Of a DNA stretch of 64,000 bases, positions 1 through 13,101 are shown one piece after another. Source of the DNA: Takakia lepidozioides. Its lineage: Eukaryota; Plantae; Bryophyta. How positions within the stretch are numbered: position 1 is the first letter of the stretch; every line of letters begins with the position of its first letter. Made by a program: the position numbers and the translations under genes. The DNA is taken from the NCBI GenBank assembly GCA_030704615.1, contig CM060731.1, positions 28,520,001 through 28,584,000 on the forward strand. The letters run 5' to 3'. The notes beneath the pieces were generated by a model. That model was not told the DNA's origin and ran no database searches. It saw only the letters and a program-made list of their open reading frames with translations.

Positions 1-1993
1 GATATCATTGGGCCTTTTGGTGAGGACGAGCCCTCTATAAAGAGTGCTGCAATTTGAAAACCAACAGAGAATTGTGGGCGAGGTACTATCAGCTCCGGAA
101 AGATATCAATCAGCTTGTTAGGTCTCAGAAGAAATTATACTGGGATAAGTTATACAGTGAAATAAACTCAAACCACCATGGTGGTAATGACAAGAAATTA
201 TGGTTGGCCCTTCAACGTTTGTACAAGCCTAAAAACGGTCAACAAGTACAAGCGCTGAAGACTACTAAAGGTGCACTGGTGACTTCATCGGTTGACATTG
301 TCAAAACCTTTGAAAATCACTACAGTATCCTTGGCAGAACTTCTAGGTCTAACAGTGAGGGGTCTTCTGCTGAATGGAGGGACACAGTTGGAAAAATTGT
401 TCCTATGATTCAAAACAGCCCTGATGAACTGGAGTATATTTCAATGGCTCATAACGCTCCCATTAGTTCTTCTGAGATTGTGGAAGCAATTGAACATTTA
501 AATGGATATAAAGCTGGTGGACCTGATGGTATTGTCAACGAGCTTATCAAGCACGGTGGCGATCCCATGATAGAGGCCCTAGTTCTCCTCTTTAACCTTA
601 TCTGGAAAACTGAAATGATCCCCTTTCGCTGGCGACAGGGGGTCATTGTCAGTCTATACAAGAAGGGTGACAGAGAAGAACCGGGGAACTACCGTGGCAT
701 CACACTCAGGAGTTGATTAATTGCGCGAAGAGATACTTTGATCTTTGGGGGCTAGAGGCTAATGTCAGCAAATGTGCAGTGGTAGCATTCAATGACAGAG
801 GAGAGGGAGGAAGTGATCTTAAGTGGCAGTGGGGTAGCCAAGAGATCCCGGTCCTCCCTTCCTACACTTATCTGGGCGTTGAGTTTTCCTCCAATTGTAA
901 TTGGGATGCACATATCCGGAAAGTTGTTCGAACTGGCAAGGGCAAAGCTCTGGGGCTCACTAAATTTTTCCACTGCAGAGGGGTCATCTCTGAGGTTAAG
1001 AAAACCATGCTTTGTCGCGTTATTAGACCTGCCTTGGAGTACGGATCTGCTATATGGGTTGATAACTCCAACCAGGCTAAGTCTCTAGAATCCATTCAAG
1101 TGGGGGTGCTTAAGGAGTGTATGTCAGCATGCTCCAAAACAGCCAATGTGGCTGTTCGGGGTGAGTTTGGCATTCCATCCTTAAGCTCCCGACGAGATGA
1201 ATTCAAGGTCAGATGGTGGGGTCAGCTGCAACATATGCCCAACACCAGATATCCTAAGTTGATTGACTCTATATCTTGGAAACAGGACCGCCCTGTCAAA
1301 CAGGCTAAGTCCTGGCAGAAGAGAGTAGAAAAGATTCTCAAGGACCTGGACCTGGATCCGCAAGTCTTGACCCTGCTGGATAAATCTACCTTAGAGGCTG
1401 TAGTGTCTGAGGCCATGTCTGTTGCCATGAGATTGTCTGATGAAAATGAAGTTAGGCAGAGAACTTCCCTGAACTTTGTTTCCAGTCAGTGACATGGGGG
1501 TGGACATCTTGGATGACCTCAAGGGTCTACCCACTCTCGGCACTAGACTGAAATTTAAACTCAGGGCAGGAAGCCTACCTTTGAACAGCAAACAGAAGCA
1601 GAGAGGAAAGGGAGAGTGCAATTGCCCGTTGTGTGGGCAATCTGAAGACAGTATTCATTTTCTGATACGCTGTCCGAGTTCTCTCACCAAAGAGAGGCTC
1701 TCTTCAATTCTATCAAGGGAATTGTGCCTGTACCCTTGTTTACCAACTTTGAAAGTCTCGAGGCTGAGCCAAAAGCCCAGGCCCTCCTGAGGCCTAGTTT
1801 TTGGGCAAATCACACACAACATATTGATGCTTGTGTGAAGGGTTTTCTAGAGGATATCTGGAAAACCCGGATTAATTCCTTATACGATGGTAAGTCTTAC
1901 TACCAACGTCAGCCCTGTTCCTTTTGTTCCCACTGAAACTGGGCGCGGGGTCAATGGCCACAAGGCTACGGCAAAAAACGTCTTATGAGTACA
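1..1993 (+). mobile_element. Non-LTR retrotransposon (RTE/RTEX-like LINE) ORF2 remnant with internal deletions and an intact 3' end
   Basis: ORF 54-716 has RT N-terminal motifs (KAGGPDGIVNELIK, IVSLYKKGDREEPGNYRGITL). ORF 713-1492 resumes after the catalytic core (ANVSKC, YTYLGV), so the YADD region is missing. 1476-1790 has CPLC..EDSIHFLIRCP (zinc knuckle). Bases 1-30 match the endonuclease segment at ~62068. The 3' tail ends GGCCACAAGGCTACGGCAAAAAACGTCTTATGAGTACA. Confidence 0.9.
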
Positions 1994-2504
1994 ATCTCAT
2001 CCTTATCATCCCTCGCCTTTTGGAAAATTCCAGCCATAATTGAAGGGCAATTGGTTGTTGTACTTAAGTGCACGAATGTTCCCCTTTCTGTTGGAATGAG
2101 CCGCACGTCCTTTCCATGCTGACATACCCTTTCTTCTTCCTGCAGGATCCTTTGCCCAGCCCTGTTATTTCTATCATTTGTGCCATCCTCTTGGCGTTTC
2201 CACAGCCTCCTCTCATTGCCAGTGAAGTGTTTCTTTCTCTTCCCTTTGTCTTTAAAGACACTCCAACTGTTAGCTGCAGTACCCTTCGCTGATTTCTTAT
2301 TGCCTTTGACCTCATGTATGTTTTCAATCATGTTTGAAGGGTGATCACTTGCTGCCATATGCATGACTGTGTCCTTGACTGCTTCTCTTGTCTCAGTATG
2401 ATGTTTAATTGTTGTCATGTCAGGCTGTGCTCAGCTGCACCGTGGTGTCTTCAAATGGATCAATTTTTCAGACACGGTCTTGCCAACTGAATGATGCAGG
2501 TTCA

Positions 2505-3035
2505 CTTGGGAGAGTGCACTCCCCCTTTCCTCTCTGCTTCTGTTTCATGTTCAAAGGTAGGCTTCCTTCCCTGAGTTTAAATTTCAGTCTAGTGCCGAGA
2601 GTGGGTGGACCCTTGAGGTCATCCAAGATGTCCTCCCCCATGTCACTGACTAGAAACAAGTTCAGGGAAGTTTTATGTCTAACTTCATTTCCATCAAACA
2701 ATCTCATGGCAATAGACATGGCTTTGGACACTACAGCCTCTAAGTCTGATTTATCCAGCAGGGTCAAGACTTGCGGATCCAGGTCCAGGTCCTTGAGAAT
2801 CTCTTCTACTCTGGCCTTGGGAAAACACCTTTTGATCTCAGTCCAGAAAGTGGTCAGAGGTACCAATATCAGTTCTGTCGATCAACACATTGGCACACTG
2901 GGGGAACAAATTTTTGTCCATTATGATATAGTCCACAATGGAACGTTCCCCAGTTTGGGATTTCTCACGAGTCCACTGCACTTGGTCACCTCTTGTCTTG
3001 TTAATCAAGGTCAAAAGCTGAAGCTCTTCCATGGG
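2505..3035 (-). mobile_element. Second copy of the same LINE: endonuclease C-terminus joined directly to the post-RT region
   Basis: ORF 2838-3032 (SIVDYIIMD...SDHFL) is near-identical to 62014-62340. ORF 2468-2866 (ILKDLDLDPQVLTLLDK...TRLKFKLREG) matches ~1320-1620. Confidence 0.9.
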
Positions 3036-4722
3036 TGTTGGGTGATGAGGTTGCTACATTGAATCATGTGTTATTGGTCTACCATTCATTTTCAGTGGAC
3101 AAGCATGGACTTCGGGAATGTGATATCAAAAGAGAAGATCGACAGAATTGGGGAGCAGCTCAACGACTGGCATCTCGGAAGGTGCAAGCTTGTTTGAGGG
3201 AGTTACAATCAACTGTGAATCATCGAAGAGAGAGGACCAAAGGTACTGAAATTTACCTATACATCATTTCATGCTACATCGATATTTTTTTGTCTCCTCA
3301 CATGTCATTGTGTGAGAGGGTACAATCTGCTGCGAAGGTATCATTTTTTTTCAGATTGTGGAAGTTGTGGCTATTCCAGCACGAGGTGTATAATCTGAAA
3401 TCCTTCTTCATTAGCAGGGAAACATACTTGGATTTACAAATTTCATGCCACTACATCAAATTGTTCAAGGATAAGTTTAATCATGTGCAAGTTCCTTTGA
3501 GCCTTGTTGGTTCAGATGTGTGTGAAATATTCTTCAGCAAAGTGGGAGGTATGTCACGGAATGAGAGGACATATGACGGGTGTGATTTGATTGAGAGTGC
3601 GGGAGCATTAACACGCATATCCGAGTTCGAGGCGAATCCAAAATGACCCAAGTTCTCAAGAGCTCACAAGAAACAAGAACACATATGGTCTTCTTTGGAG
3701 AAGAAGCCAGGTATCCCCCTTGCTGATTTGTCCGACTTTTCTACTGTCCAATCGGATGATTGCATTGTGGAGGCTTTGAAAACTGGATTTCTAGAAGCGC
3801 AACTTTTATGCCATAAACTTGGGATGAAACCAAACAAAGCAACAAACTTGGATTGGTGGAATGAGCCATGGACAATTGAGAGACAAATGGAGGTCGAGCT
3901 ATTCAAAAGCATGGAAGAAGAGGGTGATGATGTCAATGCCATAGATTCTATTTGTCCTCTTAATGCAGACACACATATTCAAAATGAGGTCGTGGAAGAT
4001 GAATTGGTGTGCGGGCCTTCGAATTCAATGGAGGATGTTTTGAGCCAACCTTTGGATGATCATGCGGAAGAGGTACTTGTTCAAAGTGAATTGAGACATA
4101 CTCTGGATGCTGTCATTGATGAGTTTGAACAAGAGAAAGATGGATCGAAGGCAGTGGTTCCATTTGTCAAAGTAGACGGGAAGACCATATTCAAAAGTAC
4201 TTTGGTTAGCCAACTCAATGGCAACCCTACTCTATCCAAGGATAGATTGACACGAGTAAGAAGTGCATCGATGTTGTTTTGCCGAGAAACAAACCAACTA
4301 CCAGCAACAAAGCCACGAGCTTGGGATTGGGTTCGGATTGTGCTGTATTTTTTGTTGATGGGGAGACTGCGATCCAAACTACAAACATGAAAGGTAGACC
4401 AGGGAAAACCTGCAGAGGAGCAACCAAAGGCACTTGGTATTTGGGCAGGGTTCAAAGAATGCGGAAGAAAATCAATAAGCAGTTTGTAGAATGTAGGGAT
4501 TCTGTTGATTTATTGGAGCGTCCTTCTCATATGGAGATTGGGTTAGCATGGTACCAAAAAATTCGAGGAGGGGTCTATACGTACGATTTGACGGATAACA
4601 TGATGGTTGATTTGGATTCCATTATCGCGTTAGCATGTTTAAAGTACAATGTCAAGTCAAACACATATGTTCTTGATGCAAATGACCGAAAAGTCTTTGA
4701 CAACTTTATCAAAGGCAAATAA
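3035..4722 (+). pseudogene. P-element/THAP9-like DDE transposase remnant (5'-truncated, with stops and frameshifts)
   Basis: Motifs EDRQNWGAAQRLAS, TKGTEIYL, FFRLWKLWL and GSDVCEIFFSKV resemble the P-superfamily DxQxVxxAxxLFS and SQDxLExFF motifs. The reading continues through ORFs 3695-4390 and 4279-4722 (STLVSQLNGNPTLSKDRLTRV). Confidence 0.6.
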
Positions 4723-4839
4723 TTTTTTTAATTAATTTGTTAGATTTTATTATGTTTTAAATGAATAAATTCGATATAATATAAAAACATACATATACAT
4801 ATTGGAGGGTTATTTTTAATGATGAAAAATGAGAATATA

Positions 4840-5024
4840 CATACAGAAGGGGGTACTTTTCGAAAATTGTAAATTTTTGTATATTTACAGGAGGGGATTT
4901 TATAATCTTCAAAAAGTATGTACAGAGGGGGTATAAATTATCCAAGGACCCGTATACAGGGGGTTTTTTTATTAGGCGACGAACGCACGTGATACGCACA
5001 GTTTATAAAGAGTGCACCCCCCGG
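4840..5024. mobile_element. Putative terminal/subterminal region of the P-like element, ending GAGTGCACCCCCCGGG
   Basis: Repeated ACAG(A/G)AGGGG motifs, then GAGTGCACCCCCCGGG at ~5010-5024. The same 16-mer ends the short element at 7648-7844. Confidence 0.5.
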
Positions 5025-6149
5025 GGTCTCTTCTGATATCAGTCAGCTGGACTGTCACAAAGTCAGTCTACTATGGCGCAAGTCTGTTTGCGCTGGGTCT
5101 GTTGAGCCGTCATTATGATCAGTCTGCTGGACCTATTAATGCAACGACGGCGGGAAGGGGCGCCAGTGATTTCGTGTCGTGTCCGAACTCGGACAGAAAG
5201 TGCGGTTTACGGTTTACGGTTTACTCCCGTATCACCTGGCCGCCTAGGGGATACTTTGTCTTTTGGGATATTAGCCTGTTAGAAATCAGTCTGTTGTCGC
5301 GCAAATTACTCTGCGCCAGTCTCTTCGTCAGTCTGTTGAACCTTCCGTCTGCTGGCTTGTCCGTGCAGTGGCATACGAGTCTGTTGTTGCGCAAGTTTGT
5401 TTGCAGTGGGTCTGTTCGGCCGTTATGTCATTAGGTTTAAGTCTGCTGGACGTAATAAATGCAGCGACAACGGTAAGGAGGCCCAGTCACGTCGCAGCAC
5501 GTCATCAGACTCCACACCAGACTCCGCACTCGCCTTAGTCTCTTCGTCAGTCCGCTTAACCTCAGTCGTCAGTCTGTCCTTGAGGTGGCATATGAGTCTG
5601 TTGTCGAGGGTACTGGGTCTGTTCGGCCATCTTTGTCATCAGGAGTAAGTCTGCTAGACTTAATGAATGCGATGACGGTAGACTGACGATAATCCCACTC
5701 ATCCAGTCTGCTGGACTATCTGTGCAGTGGCATACCGCCAGCACGTGTGAGGGGTCTGCAACTATTTAATGCGATGGCGGCCAAAAAGTGGCGCCAGTGA
5801 AATCTCGCCACGTCATTCCGCGCATGTAGGGTTATACATGTTCTCCACTTCCCGCTGGACTTCTTTCGCACTGTTTCGTTTAGGGCCCGTCCACCTCCCA
5901 TTTGTGCGAGCCTGCTTTCCTTTGTGCGTGTTAGCTTTTCGAGGCGCGGACAGTCGCGTGAGCACCGAATCTTCGCAACAACCGTCGCCTTCGCAACAAC
6001 CGTCGCCTCCGCAACACGCCCGGTGAGCTTTCCTCTTTGTGCTTTGTGCTTTGGTTTCTTTCCATTCTCTTTTCCGCTCTTCTCTGCTTTCTAATTCTTA
6101 GTCTGTCTGTCGCTCATTGCCGCTGCATCTCTTGTCTGATTCTGCAGCC

Positions 6150-7157
6150 ATGGAGGATGCTTGTGCAAAGGGTTGAGCAAACTGGTTGCATTTCATGCAC
6201 AAGTCCAGGGTAAAGGAGCGAAGGTACTGGTACTCACCTGAGGAGTATGATGCGAAAATAGTCAAAGCATTCTTAGACCTCTGCGCAATCAAGCCTGCAG
6301 ACTCCAACTGGCAGAAGGATAAGCTCCATTGTCCCTTCTGTAGTGAAATTATCAAGGACAAAGTGCAGCTAAATCGCCATTGTGTTGACATGGGTTGCAA
6401 AAACAAGCGTTATATCCCACCTAGCTTCAAGCCGTGGCCAGTTCAAAGTTCAATGAGGGTGGTGAATGCGGCCACTGCCAGACTCTGTGGCGCAAACCCA
6501 AAGGCCCGCACTTTGGCGGAAGTGCGCGCACGGTATGGGGTGGGTTCTACTGTTTCAATGCAAGATGTGCATGACCTGACATTGCCATCACCTGTGGCTC
6601 CCAGAAAAAGGAAACTTAGTGATGGGGCCCAGAAGAAGGAAAGAGAAAAGGCTGCAAGGTCTGCTCGGGAGGCGAGGGCAAAATCTCAACAGCAGACTCG
6701 TCCCCAAGGCAGTCAGGAAGTGTCACGGGCTATGCCAGGGAGACGGTCTATGCAGCAGACGTAGACCATCAGTACTTCGAGTGAGAGTCAGTCTGCTGAG
6801 CCGTCTACAGACATCATTCGAAATGATGAATTCGTAGGTCTGGGAGGTGTCTCATCTCCCGTCGACATTGTCTTGTCTGACCAGTCGAGGGTTCACGTGG
6901 ACGAATTCCAGTCGAAAGAGACTACCAGTGGAGTCTGTCCTGGCACATTGCGCCTCATACCATTTGGGCTTCTCCCATCGGTGTGCCCACCAATGGACGA
7001 TCCAGACTTCTTCCGTTTTTTCTACAGTTTCACCCAGTCCGGACAGCTCAGCAGAACCATCCGAGCAGCGGGGGAAAAATGGTTGAGCTCCCTTGAAGAT
7101 GAGGAGGACGTCTGTGTCGACGAGGAGGAGGAGGTAATGCCCAGTCTGTCCCCATAG
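6150..7157 (+). pseudogene. Decayed TE-borne ORF (~335 codons) with a CPFC..LNRHC..C zinc-finger-like motif, a basic NLS-like stretch and an acidic tail
   Basis: ATG 6150 and ORFs 6186-6764 and 6873-7157 are in one frame, broken only by TGA (6174) and TAG (6762). A plausible 5'UTR intron runs from GTGAGC (~6023) to TGCAG (6147). Confidence 0.55.
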
Positions 7158-7647
7158 TTGGTAGTTGTTGCGTCAGTCTGCTGCCTCCCCTCCTGCAGTC
7201 CACTGTGCGCAGGTGTCTGTTGTCATAGAGTCTGCTGGTTCAGTCTACTATACGTGCGCAGGTGTCTCTTGTCGTTGAGTCTACTCGTGAGTCTGCTGGA
7301 GTGCGCTGGTTCCTTTGTTCTGTGCCACAATGCTCGTGAGTCTGCTTGTGAGTATGCTCGTAGTTAGTAGTCTACCTGCTTGGTCTGCTGTGTCAGTCTG
7401 CTTGTGGACTTGCAGGTCAGTCCCATGCTTGTGGACTTGCTGGTCAGTCCCCTGCTTGTGGACTTGCTCGTCAATCCCTGGAGTCCGCTGGTTCCTTTGT
7501 TCTGTGCCACGATGCTGGTGAGTCTGCTGGTGAGTCTGCTGCTAGTGAGTCCGATGCTGAGTTTTTGGGTTTTCTGTCATCTACTAGGATGAACGAGCCA
7601 GTATTCGGGAGGCCTTGTGTGCTTGGCGGACGGTGAGCTCCGACCCT

Positions 7648-7844
7648 CCCGGGATGCATCGCGGCGGAATCGCCATTCTTACCACTACACTATCCCTAAA
7701 AACTCAACAACCCCCTCCTGTAAAATTATATTTAAGGTGTTTTAAACCCCCCTCTGTATGTATAATGTTGTACATAGGGGGGTTTAAAATACCCCCTCCT
7801 GTGCACGCACGTGGCTGGTACATTTGAGGAGTGCACCCCCCGGG
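7648..7844. mobile_element. Short non-autonomous element (MITE-like) related to the 4840-5024 end
   Basis: Begins CCCGGGATGCA and ends GAGTGCACCCCCCGGG. It has internal CCCCCTC(C)TGT motifs and is an AT-richer insert within AGTCTG-rich flanks. Confidence 0.5.
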
Positions 7845-8744
7845 CCGTTTCCCTCCCAGGCAATTCCACAACCCGCCAATGTTGCTCACGTTGGCTCCAC
7901 AACCGGAAATGTGGCTTACTTACAATGCCAACAGATGCACGGATTAGTTCAACGCATGCGACCCGTGAGGCTGCCAATACAGGTCCTGCAAGTGTGAACA
8001 AGCCTGCAGACATAGTCGTATTGCGAAGCAGGACCGCATCACTTCGTCAGTCTGCTGAATCGAACCCGGCCACAGTAGTCGCCGAATCCCTGGGCACAAG
8101 TAGAGCGAAGAAACGGACTGTCGTGGAGCAGACTCAGGAAGTTTGGGAGGGTCCTGTTGCCAAGTAACCTGCGAAGAAAGACAAGTCCGCTGTCTTCATG
8201 AACAAGCACCGCAAAATGGCATTGGATACGGACAAGGAAGTGGTTCTTCAGCGACAAATGCACCAGTGCGTAGTCCTCCCAGTCTGCTGAGTCTGGTCAC
8301 TCCAGTCTGCTCAGAAGTGTGAGTCTGCTCAGTCTGCTCGGTCTGGTGAGTTTGGCAAATCTGCTCAGTCCGCTCGGTATGGGCAGTCTGTTGAATGGAG
8401 TCAGTCCGCTCAGACCGTTGCGTACATGGGTTTTCACGCAAGGTCGTGGTCTGTGTGCAGGTTGGGTTCTCGTTTTGCCGCAGCCGGCAATTGCATGGTT
8501 CACTTTTATGAAGGCAACCCCCGGTATGAGTGCTCCATCGGGGGGGGTGCTATTCCGTGAGCCCGGAGGCGTGAGCCTGTGAGCCCAGGAAACCGTGAGC
8601 CCAGCACAGGCTCACGCCACGTCAGCATGCATACAGGGCCTATTTCCGCGGGTGTCACCTATTACCGCGGGTTGAACAGCCATTTCCCGGGAATGCAGAC
8701 TGGATGTATTACATCCTTTGTATCCATTGCATCCATCTAGACGT

Positions 8745-8925
8745 TATCAAAGACTTTCCTTCATATAAAGAATTAATCCATGTTTTCCAGATATCCTCTA
8801 GAAATCCCTTCACACAAGCATCAATCTGCTGTGTGTAATTTGCCCAAAAACTAGGCCTCAGGAGGGCCTGGGCTTTTGGCTCAGCCTCGAGACTGTCGGG
8901 AGCTTAAGGACGGAAAGCCAAACTC
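8745..8925 (-). mobile_element. Third, internally deleted fragment of the same LINE
   Basis: Reverse complement matches ~1755-1895 joined to ~1164-1192. Confidence 0.85.
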
Positions 8926-8949
8926 TGCATTGGAATGTGGGTACGTCGT

Positions 8950-9235
8950 GAGGAGGTGCACACTGACATCATCTAAAGCGGATCCCTGCGAAATCTTTTC
9001 TTACTCACCACCTTTGTGAACATGCCAAGTATGTGCGGGAGCATCATGGATGCTCACCAGATTTGAGAATGCCTGAACGATCTTTGATCACGTGGACTTC
9101 ACCTCGATGGATTCACCAAGCATTCTTCTAGCAGGAATGGTTTGGAGACAAGCGAGCAAATGATGCGAGAATGCTGTACACGAACCAAAGTCGATTGTTT
9201 GTTTTTGAAATGCACTCAAGCCTGTGAGGTCCACA
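8950..9235 (+). pseudogene. Degenerate PLS-class PPR gene fragment
   Basis: Frameshifted reading VHTDII..CGSIMDAHQI..MPERSLITWT..GFTKH..GRNGLETSEQMMRE, similar to 62520-62615. Confidence 0.6.
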
Positions 9236-9954
9236 AAACTCTAAATAGATTGAAGGAACAATCCGGGCAGTCCATGCAACCCCCATCTCCAATAATAGTT
9301 TGTTCCCATGAAGTTGCATCCCACGCACACATTGCAAACAGGACAACAAGGACACACAACCATCCCATTTCAAATTTGGCCCCGAATAAAACCAAAAGAA
9401 AACTTCATATCAAGTGTCACAGTCATCAGAATCACTCTCGACCTCCTGTGCTATGTCATCCACAAAGATTCTGGCCCCAACACCACGTCTTCTACCACGG
9501 CCGTCAATGGGCGGACAGCGAGTGCCATGAATGGACATGCTTGTTGCGAGTGCCTCCGCATAGACAGGTTGCACGTAAGACCGAGGAAGACTTGAAAGAA
9601 GTCCAAATAGGTGTGATAGCCCACCTATCTGCCCTTGTGCCTCCTTCCCCTACCCCTTCCTTTCCCCACACCACCAACAACATCTTTTCCCTTTGCCTTT
9701 CAACCTCTACCCGGGGTATCGTGAGCGGGAGGCTCCTTCTCTGCAAGAGTCCTCAAATTTCTATCATGAATGTCGAGGTCGGCTGCTGCGGCGGTGGCTG
9801 CTATACGCTCATTCTCTCTCCTCAAAGACACATCCTGAGCTGGGGTCTCAGAAGGAGGGCAATCCAAATACCATGGGAGTTTTGACAACTATGGGAGTTT
9901 TGAGCATGCATACTGGCCCTGTTAGGCCCAATTTCACATAGAAAAACAAGCACG

Positions 9955-11285
9955 AAGGGGGCTCAAAACAGTGTGCGTTGCCGCACACTGTTTGAGCTTC
10001 CAATAAAGATTGGATTCAACCTGCCAAAGTGGCCCCAGGAGACCGATTTTCACATCAAAATCAATCACATAAGGAAGCTCAAACAGTGTGCGTTGCCGCA
10101 CACTGTTTGAGCTTGCAATAAGGTGTGATTTTAATATGGCATAGTGGCCATAAGTGACCAATTTGAAATAAAAGAAAAGGCAGTGAAGGGGGCTCAAACA
10201 GTGTGCGTCCGCGCACACTGTTTGAGCTTCCATTTTGGAGTCGAATGAACTTGCCAGACTAGCCGTAGGTGCACAATTTCCATATCCATAAACAAGCAAA
10301 TCAGGGGGGCTCAAACCGTGTGCGTTGACGCACACCGTTTGGGCTGCCAGGTAAGTCTGAATTGAACCTGACAGAGATGACCTTTGTGGTCGATTCTAAA
10401 ATGCCAGCTGCCAGGTAAGTGTGCATTGACGCTCAAAGAGATGCCCTATGTGGCCGATTTTCAGATAAAAAAAACAATGACATGGTGGGCTGTTGTGCGT
10501 TGACGCACACTGTTTGAGCTGCCAGGTAAGTCTGGATTGAACCTCAAATACATGCCCTATGTGGCCGATTTTCACATGAAAAAAACAATGACAAGTTGGG
10601 CTCAAACAATGTGCGTTGACGCACACTATTTGAGCTGCCACGTAAGTGTGCATTGACGCTCAAAGAGATGCCATATGTAGCCGATTTTCAGATTGAAAAA
10701 ATAATGACATGGTGGACTCGAACAGTGTGCGTTGACTCACACTACTGGAGCTGCCACGTAAGTGTGCATTAAAGCTCAAAGAGATGCCCTCTGTGGCTAA
10801 TTTATTAAATAAATAATAAATAATTAAAAAAAACAAAAAAAAAACATGGTTGGCTGGAACAGTGTGCGTTGACGCACACTATTTGAGCTGCCAGGTAAGT
10901 CTGCATTGAACCTCAAATACATGCCATATGTGGCCAATTTTCACATGAAAAAAAACAATGACAAGTTGGGCTCAAACAGTGTGCGTTGACGCACACTATT
11001 TGAGCTGCCAGGTAAGTGTGCATTGACGCTCAAAGAGATGCCCTATGTGGCCGATTTTCAAATAAAAAAAACAATGACATGGTGGGCTGTTGTGCGTTGA
11101 CGCACACTGTTTGAGCTGCCACGTAAGTGTGCATTGAAGCTCAAAGAGATGCCATATGTGGCCGATTTTCAGATTAAAAAAATAATGACATGGTGGACAC
11201 GAACAGTGTGCGTTGACGCACACTGCTGGAGCTGCCACGTAAGTGTGCATTAAAGCTCAAAGAGATGCCCTATATGGCCGATTTT

Positions 11286-11332
<47 letters not shown>

Positions 11333-11772
11333 ATGGTTGGCTGGAACAGTGTGCGTTGACGCACACTATTTGAGCTGCCAGGTAAGTCTGCATTGAACCT
11401 CAAATACATGCCCTATGTGGCCAATTTTCACATGAAAAAAAACAATGACAAGTTGGGCTCAAACAGTGTGCGTTGACGCACACTATTTGAGCTGCCAGGT
11501 AAGTGTGCATTAACGCTCAAAGAGATGCCCTATGTGGCCGATTTTCAGATAAAAAAAACAATGACATGGTGGGCTGTTGTGCGTTGACGCACACTGTTTG
11601 AGCTGCCACGTAAGTGTGCATTGAAGCTCAAAGAGATGCCATATGTGGCCGATTTTCAGATTAAAAAAATAATGACATGGTGGACACGAACAGTGTGCGT
11701 TGACGCACACTGCTGGAGCTGCCACGTAAGTGTGCATTAAAGCTCAAAGAGATGCCCTATGTGGCCGATTTT

Positions 11773-11808
<36 letters not shown>

Positions 11809-12141
11809 ATGGTTGGCTGGAACAGTGTGCGTTGACGCACACTATTTGAGCTGCCAGGTAAGTCTGCATTGAACCTCAAATACATGCCCTATGTGGCCAA
11901 TTTTCACATGAAAAAAACAATGACAAGTTGGGCTCAAACAGTGTGCGTTGACGCACACTCTTTGAGCTGCCACGTAAGTGTGCATTGAAGCTCAAAGAGA
12001 TGCCTTATGTGGCCGATTTTCAGATTAAAAAAATAATGACATGGTGGACTCGAACAGTGTGCGTTGACGCACACTGCTGGAACTGCCACGAAAGTGTGCA
12101 TTAAAGCTCAAAGAGATGCCCTATGTGGCCGATTTTCAAAG

Positions 12142-12182
<41 letters not shown>

Positions 12183-13063
12183 ATGGTTGGCTGGAACAGT
12201 GTGCGTTGACGCACTCTTTTTGAGCTGCCAGGTAAGTCTGCATTGAACCTCAAATACATGCCCTATGTGGCCAATTTTCACATGAAAAAAACAATGACAA
12301 GTTGGGCTCAAACAGTGTGCGTTGACGCACACTATTTGAGCTGCCACGTAAGTGTGCATTGAAGCTCAAAGAGATGTCTTATGTGGCCGATTTTCAGATT
12401 AAAAAAATAATGACATGGTGTGCTCAAACAGTGTGCGTTGACGCACACTTCTGGAGCTGCCTTGAGATGCCCTATGTGGCCGATTTTCGAAAAAAAAAAA
12501 AAAAAAAAAAAAAAAAAGAAAAAAAAAAGGTGCTTGCAACAGTGTGCGTTGACGCACACTGTTTGAGCTGCCACGTAAGTCTGCATTGAACCTCAAATAC
12601 ATGCCCTATGTGGCCGATTTTCACATGAAAAAAATAAAGACATGTTGGGGTCAAACAGTGTGCGTTGACGCACACTGTTTGAGCTGCCACGTAAGTGTGT
12701 ATTGAGGCTCAAAGAGATGCCCTAGGTGGCCGATTTTCATATAAAAAAAAACAATGACATGGTGGGCTGGAACAGTGTGCGTTGACGCACACTGTTTGAG
12801 CTGCCAGGTAAGTCTACATTGAACCTCAAATACATGCCATATGTGGCCAATTTTCACATGAAAAAAACAATGACAAGTTGGGCTCAAACAGTGTGCGTTG
12901 ACGCACACTATTTGAGCTGCCACGTAAGTGTGCATTGAAGCTCAAAGAGATGCCTTAAGTGGCCGATTTTCAGATTAAAAAAATAATGACATGGTGTGCT
13001 CAAACAGTGTGCGTTGACGCACACTGCTGGAGCTGCCTTGAGATGCCCTATGTGGCCGATTTT

Positions 13064-13101
<38 letters not shown>

